From the IMG/VR virus record IMGVR_UViG_3300017917_000952, positions 1-64,000 of that record: a DNA stretch of 64,000 bases; one strand, given 5' to 3'. The position numbers were made by a program, and so were the translations under genes. Position 1 is the first letter of the stretch. Every line of letters starts with the position of its first letter. Positions 9,610 to 18,800 of this stretch are shown in pieces. A model generated the notes under the pieces. The model saw only the letters and a program-made list of their open reading frames with translations, had not been told where the DNA came from and did no database searches.

Positions 9610-10536
9610 ATGAACTTAAAACCCCTAGTTGCAGCACTAGTTACTGCATTTACACTTCAAGTCGGCATTGCTAATGCAGAATTTAATCCTGTAGGTAAAC
9701 AGGTTAATGTTATCATTCCGTTTGCGCCAGGCGGCGGAGTAGATCAGACATTTAGACATCTTCAGACTTATGCTTCAAAGAAAGGCGTTAATCTTGTCGC
9801 AATTTATAAACCGGGTGCAGAAGGGCTGATCGCAATGAGCGAATTAGTTACCAAACCTGCAGACGGAATGACCGTTAGTGTTACTACAGCAGGCGTTATT
9901 GCCAATTACCGATTAAAGAATCCGTCTACAGATGTAGTTGCTATCTCTGGTATTCGAGACAGTATCATGGCCTTGGTTGTTAGTAATAAGAGCCAAATTG
10001 AAAGTCTAGACCAATTAGACAAAGATCTTAAAGAAGGTAAAAAACTAAATGTAGGATATGGTGCACCAGGGCAGCAGATGTTCTTAGAGCAGTTCTTTGA
10101 ATTAGCAAAGGCAAAGAAAGGCGTTGCCATGGTTCCTTATAAGGGCGGCGGGCCGGTTGTTACTGACCTACTAGGCGGGCATATTGATGTTGCAGCAGTA
10201 CCGTTATCAATTGTTAAGGCACATATCGATTCTGGAAAAGTAAAATTAGTAGGATTAGCCAGCAGAGCAAAGATAGAAGGTTATGATTCTACTCCGCTAA
10301 TGAAGGCCAAGTATCCAAAATGGGAAGAGTTTGATAACTTTGCAGTTGTTGCCGAAAAAGGCACAGACAAAGAAGCCATTAATTGGTGGTCTAATTTCTT
10401 AAAAGATTATATCAATGACGAATCTGTTAAGAAGGATTTTGTCAAAGACATGACTGTACCTGTCGAGTTTGGTGCAACTAACCTAGAAAAAACAATTCAG
10501 TCTAGCATGAATAGACTTAAAAAGAATGGAAATTAA
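9610..10536 (+). CDS. Bug/TctC substrate-binding protein
   Basis: Signal peptide, IIPFAPGGGVD, KPGAEG, VPYKGGGPVVTDLLGGHID. Confidence 0.9.
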   Translation: MNLKPLVAALVTAFTLQVGIANAEFNPVGKQVNVIIPFAPGGGVDQTFRHLQTYASKKGVNLVAIYKPGAEGLIAMSELVTKPADGMTVSVTTAGVIANYRLKNPSTDVVAISGIRDSIMALVVSNKSQIESLDQLDKDLKEGKKLNVGYGAPGQQMFLEQFFELAKAKKGVAMVPYKGGGPVVTDLLGGHIDVAAVPLSIVKAHIDSGKVKLVGLASRAKIEGYDSTPLMKAKYPKWEEFDNFAVVAEKGTDKEAINWWSNFLKDYINDESVKKDFVKDMTVPVEFGATNLEKTIQSSMNRLKKNGN

Positions 10537-11290
10537 AAAATTTACAGACCGTGTAAAGTACAAGAGTTTACCCCCGGACTTTAATCATCAAAACGGGGTA
10601 AACTTTCAAAGTTCTTACGAATACACAAAAACATTCAGTAACTATCATTTTAACAAATGGGTTGTTGAAGGCGACGGCGACTGGTATCATTCATTAGGCC
10701 GATTTGAAGGCGACTGGACTGCCGACGTTGAAAAAATTATTGAAAAGAGTAAAGAACTAAGTTGGGATCAAAGCACTAAGTCAGGACTTCGACCGGGATT
10801 CAAAGGCGGACAGAGTCCCATGAAAGCGCAGGAAGAATACGATCGCGCCCAACACGGACTTGATAAGGTAGATCAAACTAATTTAGTTCTTGAGGATTTT
10901 TTAGATCAATTTCCTACTATCAAGAAAATGATAGATTACTGGGAACTAGAAAAGGTAAGTTATCGGGCACACGTTCAATGGCCTGGACAATGCTTCGGTG
11001 TTCATATTGACAAATTGTGGCATAGGTGTCCGGAAGATCCTAGCCGTATTGTAAGACTTATTCTTAATCTAGCAGACTATGAACCTGGTCAGGTAATTCT
11101 TTACGGTAACAGTGTGCTAACGCAATGGCATGCCGGAGACATTCATATTTTTGATACACTAAACGTTCCTCACGGTACATTTAATCTAAGCACTAGTCCA
11201 CGACCTAATATTACAATAACTGGTCTTAGAACTGAGGCCACTGACCGTAAATTAGCAGCAGCAAACAAAGATTCAAGATATCAAATATGA
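10526..11290 (+). CDS. 2OG-Fe(II) oxygenase / cupin-like protein
   Basis: HVQWPGQCFGVHID (HxD), QWHAGD, NVPHGTFN, ITITG. Confidence 0.6.
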   Translation: MEIKKFTDRVKYKSLPPDFNHQNGVNFQSSYEYTKTFSNYHFNKWVVEGDGDWYHSLGRFEGDWTADVEKIIEKSKELSWDQSTKSGLRPGFKGGQSPMKAQEEYDRAQHGLDKVDQTNLVLEDFLDQFPTIKKMIDYWELEKVSYRAHVQWPGQCFGVHIDKLWHRCPEDPSRIVRLILNLADYEPGQVILYGNSVLTQWHAGDIHIFDTLNVPHGTFNLSTSPRPNITITGLRTEATDRKLAAANKDSRYQI

Positions 11291-11859
11291 CTCCCTACGA
11301 GCCCTTGAATATATGGTTGCCCGAAGATCTTCCTCTATATCAAAAATATAAAGATCTAAAATATAGACAGGTAGATACTGGAGCATATGAAATAGATAAA
11401 ACTTTTGAACGGGCAGGCCTTTCTATGAAAGAGTTTGAATCTGTTCCTGCCTTACTTGATCTTATAAAAAAATATAAGATGTTGTCAAAAGTGTTTATGC
11501 TATTGCCTAACACCACGTATAATTGGCATGTTGACGCATTTAGGTACGTAGCATTTAATTGTCTACTTACTACAGACGACTCTAACTATCTTACTTTGTT
11601 TTGCGATGAATTAGAAAAATATAATCTTGTATACTTCAAAACTAAAAGATTAGTATATGAACCAAGAAGATTTTATTTGTTTAACACACAGGTTCCTCAC
11701 ATAATAACAAATTATAGCGACAAACCTAGATATCTAATTTCTATTGCACCCTACTTTGCAGAAAAAATTTCTAATGAAAACATTAAAGCCACTGATAGAA
11801 ATTTTTCTACATATCTTAAAATTGTCGAAGAATTAAAACTACAAGGCCTGATAAATTAA
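11287..11859 (+). CDS. 2OG-Fe(II) oxygenase-like protein
   Basis: YNWHVD (HxD), LFNTQVPH distal His, RYLIS. Confidence 0.6.
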   Translation: MTPYEPLNIWLPEDLPLYQKYKDLKYRQVDTGAYEIDKTFERAGLSMKEFESVPALLDLIKKYKMLSKVFMLLPNTTYNWHVDAFRYVAFNCLLTTDDSNYLTLFCDELEKYNLVYFKTKRLVYEPRRFYLFNTQVPHIITNYSDKPRYLISIAPYFAEKISNENIKATDRNFSTYLKIVEELKLQGLIN

Positions 11860-11862
11860 ATT

Positions 11863-13293
11863 ATGCAGATTGTAATTTTAACCGGCGGAACTGATAACCG
11901 AAGATTTCTAAGGTACTTAGGTCCTTATCAAATAGCATGGTGGATGCGTGAACATGGATATTCTGTTCAGGTACTAGATTTTTTATTTTTTCTTCCTAAG
12001 GTGGAGAGAATAAATCTCCTAAGAAAATTTATAACAAAAGAAACAAAAGTAGTTTCAGTTGCCCCCTTTGCATACTTGGACTGGCATCACGACAGTGCTC
12101 TGGCTCCTATTATAAGTTTATTCCAAGACATAAAATACGAATTTCCTTGGGTCAAAATATCTGTAGGCGGGCAGTTTGCTACTAATTTTTTAAAGAAAAA
12201 AGTTTATACAAGACTAAAGTATAAGGTTGATGCAGTATTCCAAGGACCAGGAGAACATTCTTATCTAGACTATTGTAACTACATTTTTGGAAAGTCAGAT
12301 AAACACCCGGCATTCAAACTTATAGATGACCATAAAGTATTCGAATCCTCAGTAGAGTATGATGTACAAAACTGTAGAATGAGATTTTCTACTCAAGATT
12401 TTATTCTACCCGGAGAAGCATTACCAATCGAATTAAGTCGTGGATGTATTTTCAAATGTGCATTCTGTCAGTATCCTAACTTAGGCAAAGACAAAGACGA
12501 CTTCAACAGGAAGATTGAGAATATCCGAGATACCATGATTCATAATTATGAAAATTTCGGGACCACAGAATATTACATAGCAGACGATACAATTAACTCA
12601 CATAGGCAACGGACTAAAGATCTGCACGAAATGTCTAAAACATTACCTTTCAAATTAAATTACATAGGGTATGTAAGATTAGACCTGTTAGACATTTGGC
12701 CCGAGCAGCAAGAGATATTGCCAGAGTCGGGACTGGTTAGTTGCCACTTTGGAATAGAATCACTAGATCCTTACTCTTGCAAACAGATAGGCAAAGGTTG
12801 GGGAGCGAAGAATCACAAAATATGGATTCCTAAGATCGCAGAAATGTGGAAAGATACTGTGTCAATAAGATGTTCATTAATTGCAGGCCTTGGGAAAGAA
12901 ACAGAAAAAGACTGGAATGAAACAATGGAGTGGTTTAAAACTACCGGTGTAAAAGATTGGTTCTATAACCTACTGGTCCTAAGGAAAGAAATTGACCTAA
13001 GTCTTTTTGAAAAGAATCCCGAAAAGTACGGTTACAAATTTGATAGCAAAGGTAATTGGTATACAGATACAATGACCTATTATAGAGCAAAGGAATGGCA
13101 AACACTTAACTACTATAGTAATCTGTCTTTAAGATATGCTACCACATGGGATTACATAGGACTAAGAAACTTAGGATTCAGCAAAGAACAACTTAATACT
13201 GAAAAGTTTGGGTCCATGATTAAAGCCGTTGCAGCAAGAACTCAAGCCCGAGACTTTGCTAAACGTTACTACCAACTGGCAATGAGTTATTAA
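11863..13293 (+). CDS. B12-binding radical SAM protein
   Basis: SRGCIFKCAFC CxxxCxxC motif, N-terminal cobalamin-binding-like domain (ISVGG), DDT, GIES, LIAGL. Confidence 0.85.
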   Translation: MQIVILTGGTDNRRFLRYLGPYQIAWWMREHGYSVQVLDFLFFLPKVERINLLRKFITKETKVVSVAPFAYLDWHHDSALAPIISLFQDIKYEFPWVKISVGGQFATNFLKKKVYTRLKYKVDAVFQGPGEHSYLDYCNYIFGKSDKHPAFKLIDDHKVFESSVEYDVQNCRMRFSTQDFILPGEALPIELSRGCIFKCAFCQYPNLGKDKDDFNRKIENIRDTMIHNYENFGTTEYYIADDTINSHRQRTKDLHEMSKTLPFKLNYIGYVRLDLLDIWPEQQEILPESGLVSCHFGIESLDPYSCKQIGKGWGAKNHKIWIPKIAEMWKDTVSIRCSLIAGLGKETEKDWNETMEWFKTTGVKDWFYNLLVLRKEIDLSLFEKNPEKYGYKFDSKGNWYTDTMTYYRAKEWQTLNYYSNLSLRYATTWDYIGLRNLGFSKEQLNTEKFGSMIKAVAARTQARDFAKRYYQLAMSY

Positions 13294-14210
13294 GGCAGTT
13301 TGCCGTCTTTTAGATATTTAGAAAAGCACAATCTATTAGATCCTGTTCCTCGATTGTACTCTGTAAACTTATCTGTAGAAGTTGCGAAAAATACACACTT
13401 AGTCGGATTCACTCCTAACTGATCACTAAACATTTCCTGAGTATTTCTATAGGTATTATAGTTGTAATCGGGACTGTATTTTTCAATTAGTTTTTCACCA
13501 ACAGCGGCTCCTAAACGATTTACATATTTGTTTTTGTTGTAAACAAACAAAGGATCATCATTATCTAGTCGTGTTAACCTCATTCCTATTCTAAGATGTT
13601 GTACAGGAAAGTTTTTGCTTAGACTAAAAACTATTTCTTCAATACATTGATAATTAAAATCAAATTTTACATTACCGCATACACCAAAATAGCAACAGTC
13701 TACTAATACAGGAACATTTAGTTTTTCACAGACAGATAAAATATCTTCCATTAAGGGATTTTCTGCTCCGTTATCGGCGAAAGGTAAACTAAAAATTACA
13801 ACATCGTCTGCACGGATAGCATCGTCTTCGATAACTGCAACTCTATCAAAGTATGCTTTACCTGATGCAATGTGATACATGTACTCGCCTTTGAAATAAC
13901 GAAGGCGACGTTCTTTATGTTTTAGATAAAATTTATCAAATGCTTCCGTTGTTCCGTTACTGAAAGCAAAGGCATTGAAATTTTCTAGTCCTGCAATTTG
14001 ATTGTTCTTTGTTGATAAGATCCATTCTTTATATTTTCTGCAGAACCGATCGTGAACTTCAACATCATTTAAGCAACCTTCGGCAACAACAGTATTAATA
14101 ATACCTGCAACTTCTTGTTCTAGTTCTTCGTTTTTTACACAATGTACGCTACCGAAGGGTAGGCTTTTTAATTTTAACAGTGCATTCCACTGTTCTTCTT
14201 TTTGAGTCAT
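13290..14210 (-). CDS. PLP-dependent fold-type I enzyme (aminotransferase/decarboxylase-like)
   Basis: GTTEAFD, VLVDCCY (PLP Asp), FSLSKNF (Schiff-base Lys), LRIGMR. Confidence 0.65.
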   Translation of the reverse strand: MTQKEEQWNALLKLKSLPFGSVHCVKNEELEQEVAGIINTVVAEGCLNDVEVHDRFCRKYKEWILSTKNNQIAGLENFNAFAFSNGTTEAFDKFYLKHKERRLRYFKGEYMYHIASGKAYFDRVAVIEDDAIRADDVVIFSLPFADNGAENPLMEDILSVCEKLNVPVLVDCCYFGVCGNVKFDFNYQCIEEIVFSLSKNFPVQHLRIGMRLTRLDNDDPLFVYNKNKYVNRLGAAVGEKLIEKYSPDYNYNTYRNTQEMFSDQLGVNPTKCVFFATSTDKFTEYNRGTGSNRLCFSKYLKDGKLP

Positions 14211-15337
14211 TATTCGCTCACAAATATTTTCTTGGTAGGAATTAATCTATAACCTTTGTTCCACCACATTAGGTTAGGACGCAACTGCGACAGATGCTCT
14301 GCGGCCATATATTCGTATCTGTCTTTAAACTCTTTTAGTTCAGGGTACTGCCATAACCAGAAGTGTTTATCAGATCTATTAAGTCTAAGAGGTTTCTCTG
14401 CCTGGAATCTATCTGTCCAATTAGTATATAGAACATGGCGTAAAAACTTTTGTTGTTCTTTTTGTTTGAAGTAAAACATTTCAAGACTGTTCTTTACATC
14501 TCTTGTAAATGCTAATTCTGATAATTCTTTTTCTCTCTTGAATACTTTAATTGCTGCATTGGCCATTTCAAACGCAAGAATAGGAAATTTCGGTGTCCAG
14601 TAAAAATATTCCGTGCCGTAGATATTACCAGGATAAGGTGTTCCCATTGTAACAGCAGAGTCACAGAACCACATATAATTTTTATTGTCTTCGAAATAGG
14701 TCTTAGGTTTGTCAACACCGTATATCGATGCTACTTTCTTACCTTGCTCAGACAATTTAATTTCATTTGGACTCCATACTGCTAAAGAAGTAACTTCTAC
14801 ATCGTGCCAGTGATTAACTAGGCCAAATATTTCTTCTTGACCGATGGATGTTCTATCTTTAAACCAATCAACAATTTCAATTTTTATGTTAGGGTGTTTT
14901 TGAGCGACTTCTTCCAGGACCGGTTTGATAGCGTAGTCCCATTCACTCAAATAATTTACCGCGGTTTTTTCTTCTGTATTAGGTACGTAGATACCTCGGT
15001 CAATAACATCCGACGCCCATTTTACACAAATTTCATCTAGATGTATTCCGTTATCTAAAAATGAACGTAATACATTATAACTGTCAGCGCCGCCCGAGAA
15101 GTATAAAATAAGATAATCGTAACTGTCTCGCAACTGCTGAGCACGTTGTTTATATAGTTCATTGAGACTAAATTTACCAATCAATGATCTATCAAAATTT
15201 TGCCACACATCATCAAAAAATCTATACTGAACAGTGTTGTTTGTTTTAGTTGCATAGAGCAAAGCCTGATATTTGTTTATAAACTTTTGATCAGCGACTT
15301 CCCAATATCCTTGAGGGTAATTTTCTATAAATTGCAT
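14210..15337 (-). CDS. PP-loop ATPase (asparagine synthase-like)
   Basis: LYFSGGADS PP-loop, GVDKP, EYFYW; TATAAATA 8 nt upstream on the minus strand. Confidence 0.7.
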   Translation of the reverse strand: MQFIENYPQGYWEVADQKFINKYQALLYATKTNNTVQYRFFDDVWQNFDRSLIGKFSLNELYKQRAQQLRDSYDYLILYFSGGADSYNVLRSFLDNGIHLDEICVKWASDVIDRGIYVPNTEEKTAVNYLSEWDYAIKPVLEEVAQKHPNIKIEIVDWFKDRTSIGQEEIFGLVNHWHDVEVTSLAVWSPNEIKLSEQGKKVASIYGVDKPKTYFEDNKNYMWFCDSAVTMGTPYPGNIYGTEYFYWTPKFPILAFEMANAAIKVFKREKELSELAFTRDVKNSLEMFYFKQKEQQKFLRHVLYTNWTDRFQAEKPLRLNRSDKHFWLWQYPELKEFKDRYEYMAAEHLSQLRPNLMWWNKGYRLIPTKKIFVSE

Positions 15338-15397
15338 AGCAGTGATATTTATAGGCGGGTGTTTTGTAAAAGCATAAATATTGAAAAGGGGAACACC

Positions 15398-15769
15398 ATG
15401 CCATATATGATGTTAAAAGGAACATTTACACGACCAAACACAGATGTAGAATTTTTCGATGGGTCGGTTAATAGACCTGTCATGGAAGATATGCAGCAAA
15501 AGGGATTGATTATCGATCGCGGCAGTTATCTGTCAGAGGATCAATTGACCAAGACCCATTATTTCACTTCACAGATCGAAACGGCGTCAGATATTAATAT
15601 TGTTACCTCTGCTCTCAGAACTGATCCAAACTTCTATGAAATGCACATTGCATTTCAAGAGTACTGCGATCAACACGGAATTACCAGAGGACCGATTGTT
15701 ATTGAAGTTTACACTTCTGACTGGATTCTTATGAACACCATGAACTTTATGGTTGCTGATCTTTTCTAA
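15398..15769 (+). CDS. Hypothetical protein
   Basis: ATG 15398 with AAGGGG RBS and CATAAATA at 15373; the track start at 15200 overlaps the opposite-strand gene. Confidence 0.65.
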   Translation: MPYMMLKGTFTRPNTDVEFFDGSVNRPVMEDMQQKGLIIDRGSYLSEDQLTKTHYFTSQIETASDINIVTSALRTDPNFYEMHIAFQEYCDQHGITRGPIVIEVYTSDWILMNTMNFMVADLF

Positions 15770-16373
15770 TAAGTTCTTCCCTGAATTCCGGTTTAAGTGT
15801 TAGTAAAGAAATTAAGGTATCTCGTTTTACCTTATTATCGGGCCTAAAGAAAAATTCATGCGGCTCAAGTATTTCAACATCACCTTTCTTATAGATCTTA
15901 TCTAGCATATATATATACCTAATATCAGCAGAAGTATACACATTTTTTTCAACTAGCCTTTTATAATATCGGGCCATTGCGAGCCCTTCAGATAGTTCTC
16001 TAGCCATGTACATTTGGAATATTCCCAAAGACTCGGCCTGTGTAGTAAGCAACCTGAGGATATTATAGAAAACTTCTGCATATAAAGAAAAATGGTTGAA
16101 GCCGTTATACTCAATATTGAAACACTGACCATGACTACATGCCGCCATCTTGTTCCGAAAATAACGAGCTGCGCTAACAGCAACTAGTCGATCTTCTAAA
16201 AAACAACCGGATACTCGATAGTCGGGTTGGAAGAATAACCAAGCAAGGCGGTCAATGTATTCCTTCTTATCTGCCTCAGTCAAGGGATGATTCATAAACG
16301 TATTTTTCGTCTTATGCAATTTAATAAACTGCGAAAAGTCGCCTGCCTCTAAAAATCTGTAAGTGTAATTCAT
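15747..16373 (-). CDS. Hypothetical protein, possibly GNAT-like
   Basis: Starts YTYRFLEAGDF and has a VSGCFLEDRLVAV beta-hairpin reminiscent of N-acyltransferases; weak. Confidence 0.5.
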   Translation of the reverse strand: MNYTYRFLEAGDFSQFIKLHKTKNTFMNHPLTEADKKEYIDRLAWLFFQPDYRVSGCFLEDRLVAVSAARYFRNKMAACSHGQCFNIEYNGFNHFSLYAEVFYNILRLLTTQAESLGIFQMYMARELSEGLAMARYYKRLVEKNVYTSADIRYIYMLDKIYKKGDVEILEPHEFFFRPDNKVKRDTLISLLTLKPEFREELIRKDQQP

Positions 16374-16406
16374 GTCCGTAGTATTTTTCGAAGTATTTAG
16401 TACCAC

Positions 16407-16414
16407 TATAAATA
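16407..16414 (+). promoter_or_regulatory. T4-type late promoter TATAAATA
   Basis: Exact consensus, 7 nt before ATG 16422. Confidence 0.65.
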
Positions 16415-16421
16415 GCAGACT

Positions 16422-16529
16422 ATGAATATTTTTAAAAGAATCATTAACTGGTACAAATTAAGAAAGCAGCGCAAAGAACTAGAAAAACGCCTGGCCGAAC
16501 TTAGAAAACGAGATCCATTCATCTATTAA
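16422..16529 (+). CDS. 35-aa basic peptide upstream of the carbamoyltransferase (absent from the ORF track)
   Basis: MNIFKRIINWYKLRKQRKELEKRLAELRKRDPFIY; fills the gap between the promoter and ATG 16531. Confidence 0.7.
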   Translation: MNIFKRIINWYKLRKQRKELEKRLAELRKRDPFIY

Positions 16530-16530
16530 C

Positions 16531-17985
16531 ATGATACTAGGTATTAACGGTCAGAATCATGATGCAAGCATGGCCTTGGTAGATCAAGAATCTATCTTAT
16601 GGGCTGCACACGCAGAACGGTATTCTAGAACTAAAAACGATAAACTCCTTAATACTGATATGATTAAGGAAATGTACGAGTACGGTGCTCCAAAGGTTGC
16701 GGTATGGTTTGAAAAACCTTTCTCAAAGTCTATGAGAAAACTTTACAGCGGAGAACGACCCTGGTGGTGCAATCCTAAGGAAGAACTAAAGCGTGTCGGT
16801 CTAGGTCATCTAAGCCTAGAAAAAGTAGGACACCACGAAAGTCATGCAGCCGCAGGATTCTATACAAGTAAGTTTCAAGATGCGGCAATTCTTGTAGTAG
16901 ATGCAATAGGAGAATGGGACTCTGCCAGTATGTGGCACGGAACAGCCTACGGTCTTAATAAAATCTGGGATATGAAATATCCAGACAGCATGGGGTTATT
17001 CTACACAGCATTTACACAGTTCTTAGGACTGAAACCCAACGAAGAAGAATATATCTTAATGGGTATGGCTGCACTAGGCAAGCCTATAGTTGTAGAACAA
17101 ATTAAAAAAGATTTCTTTGATAGTTTTGGTCCACCGTTTATTAAATTAAAACACAATTTACATAGAGGTTGTCGTTGGTGGGAAGCACCTAAGGGCGTGA
17201 CTAATTTTGATATTGCAGCCAGTGTTCAATACATAATGGAAGAATATCTCTTAGATACCGTTGCTGCCCTAAGATCAAATGTAGCCAGTGATAATTTAGT
17301 ATTCATGGGCGGTGTTGCTCTTAACTGTGTTGCAAATAGTATCATTGCAAAACAAAAATATTTTAAAAATATTTGGGTAATGCCTAATCCTGGCGATGCA
17401 GGCAGTTCTATTGGTGCGGTTGCAGCGTTAGAAAGAAAGCACCTCGACTGGCGACATCCTTATCTAGGCACCTCTATTAATCGTGTATTAGATATAGAAG
17501 GCGTTGTTAAAGAACTTATGGCAGGTAATGTTGTTGCAGTCGCTAATGGTCGGGCAGAATTTGGGCCAAGGGCATTGGGTAATAGAAGTTTACTCTGCGA
17601 TCCTCGTGGCCCGGACGCTAAGGCCAGAATGAATAGGTTAAAGCGAAGGGAAGAATTTAGACCCTTTGCTCCTGCTATCCTAGAGGAACATGCACATTAT
17701 TATTTTGATATGGTTGTACCTACTAGTCCATACATGCAGTTTGTTATGCGGTGCAAGGATCCTAAGAATTTCCCGGGTATTTGCCACTACGACAATACCA
17801 GTAGGGTGCAGACAGTTAACCACGCAGATAATCCAAATTTTAGGGCTATTTTGGAATTATGGTACGAAAAAACCGGTTGTCCGATGCTTATGAATACTAG
17901 TCTAAATGTAAAAGGCGAGCCCTTGGTAAATAGTTTAAGCGATGCTGTACGTTGGGAAAAGTTAAATGGCGTAAAAGTATTTTGA
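16531..17985 (+). CDS. O-carbamoyltransferase (NodU/CmcH/TobZ family)
   Basis: HDAS, ERYSR, HHESHAAAGF, GGVALNC, GDAG, GRAEFGPRALGNRS, KRREEFRPFAP, LMNTSLN. Confidence 0.95.
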   Translation: MILGINGQNHDASMALVDQESILWAAHAERYSRTKNDKLLNTDMIKEMYEYGAPKVAVWFEKPFSKSMRKLYSGERPWWCNPKEELKRVGLGHLSLEKVGHHESHAAAGFYTSKFQDAAILVVDAIGEWDSASMWHGTAYGLNKIWDMKYPDSMGLFYTAFTQFLGLKPNEEEYILMGMAALGKPIVVEQIKKDFFDSFGPPFIKLKHNLHRGCRWWEAPKGVTNFDIAASVQYIMEEYLLDTVAALRSNVASDNLVFMGGVALNCVANSIIAKQKYFKNIWVMPNPGDAGSSIGAVAALERKHLDWRHPYLGTSINRVLDIEGVVKELMAGNVVAVANGRAEFGPRALGNRSLLCDPRGPDAKARMNRLKRREEFRPFAPAILEEHAHYYFDMVVPTSPYMQFVMRCKDPKNFPGICHYDNTSRVQTVNHADNPNFRAILELWYEKTGCPMLMNTSLNVKGEPLVNSLSDAVRWEKLNGVKVF

Positions 17986-18011
17986 CTTTGCCCAAAATTG
18001 AGTTTTACAAT
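17982..18011 (+). promoter_or_regulatory. Sigma70-like promoter
   Basis: TTGACT-18-TACAAT; the -35 box overlaps the upstream TGA stop. Confidence 0.55.
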
Positions 18012-18034
18012 TTAACTATTGTAGAGGAGCAAAA

Positions 18035-18769
18035 ATGGGTACATCTGGATCAAAATTTAATTGGTCAATATTAGACCGAGAAGGTCTGATTGAGTATTTT
18101 TACTCGTTGTACCCCGAAGTCTGCGATAAAAGAATGACTATTACTCAGTTACACAACAAAATCGCTAGACACATTAAAAAGCAACTACCAGTTAGAATTA
18201 CAAAAAAACGAGATCCGAAAGTAGATGAAGGATGGATTTGGGTCGGCGGTACCTATTATAGCGACTGGGACCAAGAAAAGAAAAAGTGCATTGAGTTAGA
18301 TCTAGTCTATGAACTATTTCACGACACTATAACTCTAACTAAACGCAGGTATCAACGTGTTTGTTACAGTCTTGCAGACACCCTGCTGCATGAAATAATG
18401 CACATGAGGCAATATCGCAGGAGGAAATTTAAAAACCTACCCGATTATGCTAGCAATGCATCTAGAGAAGAAAAAAGACAAGAACAAGAATATCTAGGTA
18501 ACAGTGACGAGATTGATGCCTACAGTTTTAATATTGCTTGTGAACTTCTAGACAAGTTCGATTACAACACAAAGAAGGTAATAAATTACCTGAACGAAAA
18601 CCAAAAAGGAAAACATCGTAGGCACAACTGTTGGAGGATGTACTTAAAAGCGTTTGATCACGATCATAACCACCCAGTCATCCAAAAAGTAAAAACCAAA
18701 GTTATTCGATATATCCCACATGCAATGAACGGCAAGCCTTATAGAAATAAAGATTGGATAGGCCGTTGA
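18035..18769 (+). CDS. Hypothetical protein with an HExxH metallopeptidase-like motif
   Basis: LLHEIMHMRQ followed by a downstream EIDA glutamate. Confidence 0.6.
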   Translation: MGTSGSKFNWSILDREGLIEYFYSLYPEVCDKRMTITQLHNKIARHIKKQLPVRITKKRDPKVDEGWIWVGGTYYSDWDQEKKKCIELDLVYELFHDTITLTKRRYQRVCYSLADTLLHEIMHMRQYRRRKFKNLPDYASNASREEKRQEQEYLGNSDEIDAYSFNIACELLDKFDYNTKKVINYLNENQKGKHRRHNCWRMYLKAFDHDHNHPVIQKVKTKVIRYIPHAMNGKPYRNKDWIGR

Positions 18770-18794
18770 CATAAAACAACATACCTGCTATCAT
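18766..18794 (+). promoter_or_regulatory. Sigma70-like promoter
   Basis: TTGACA-17-TATCAT. Confidence 0.75.
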
Positions 18795-18800
18795 GTAGGT

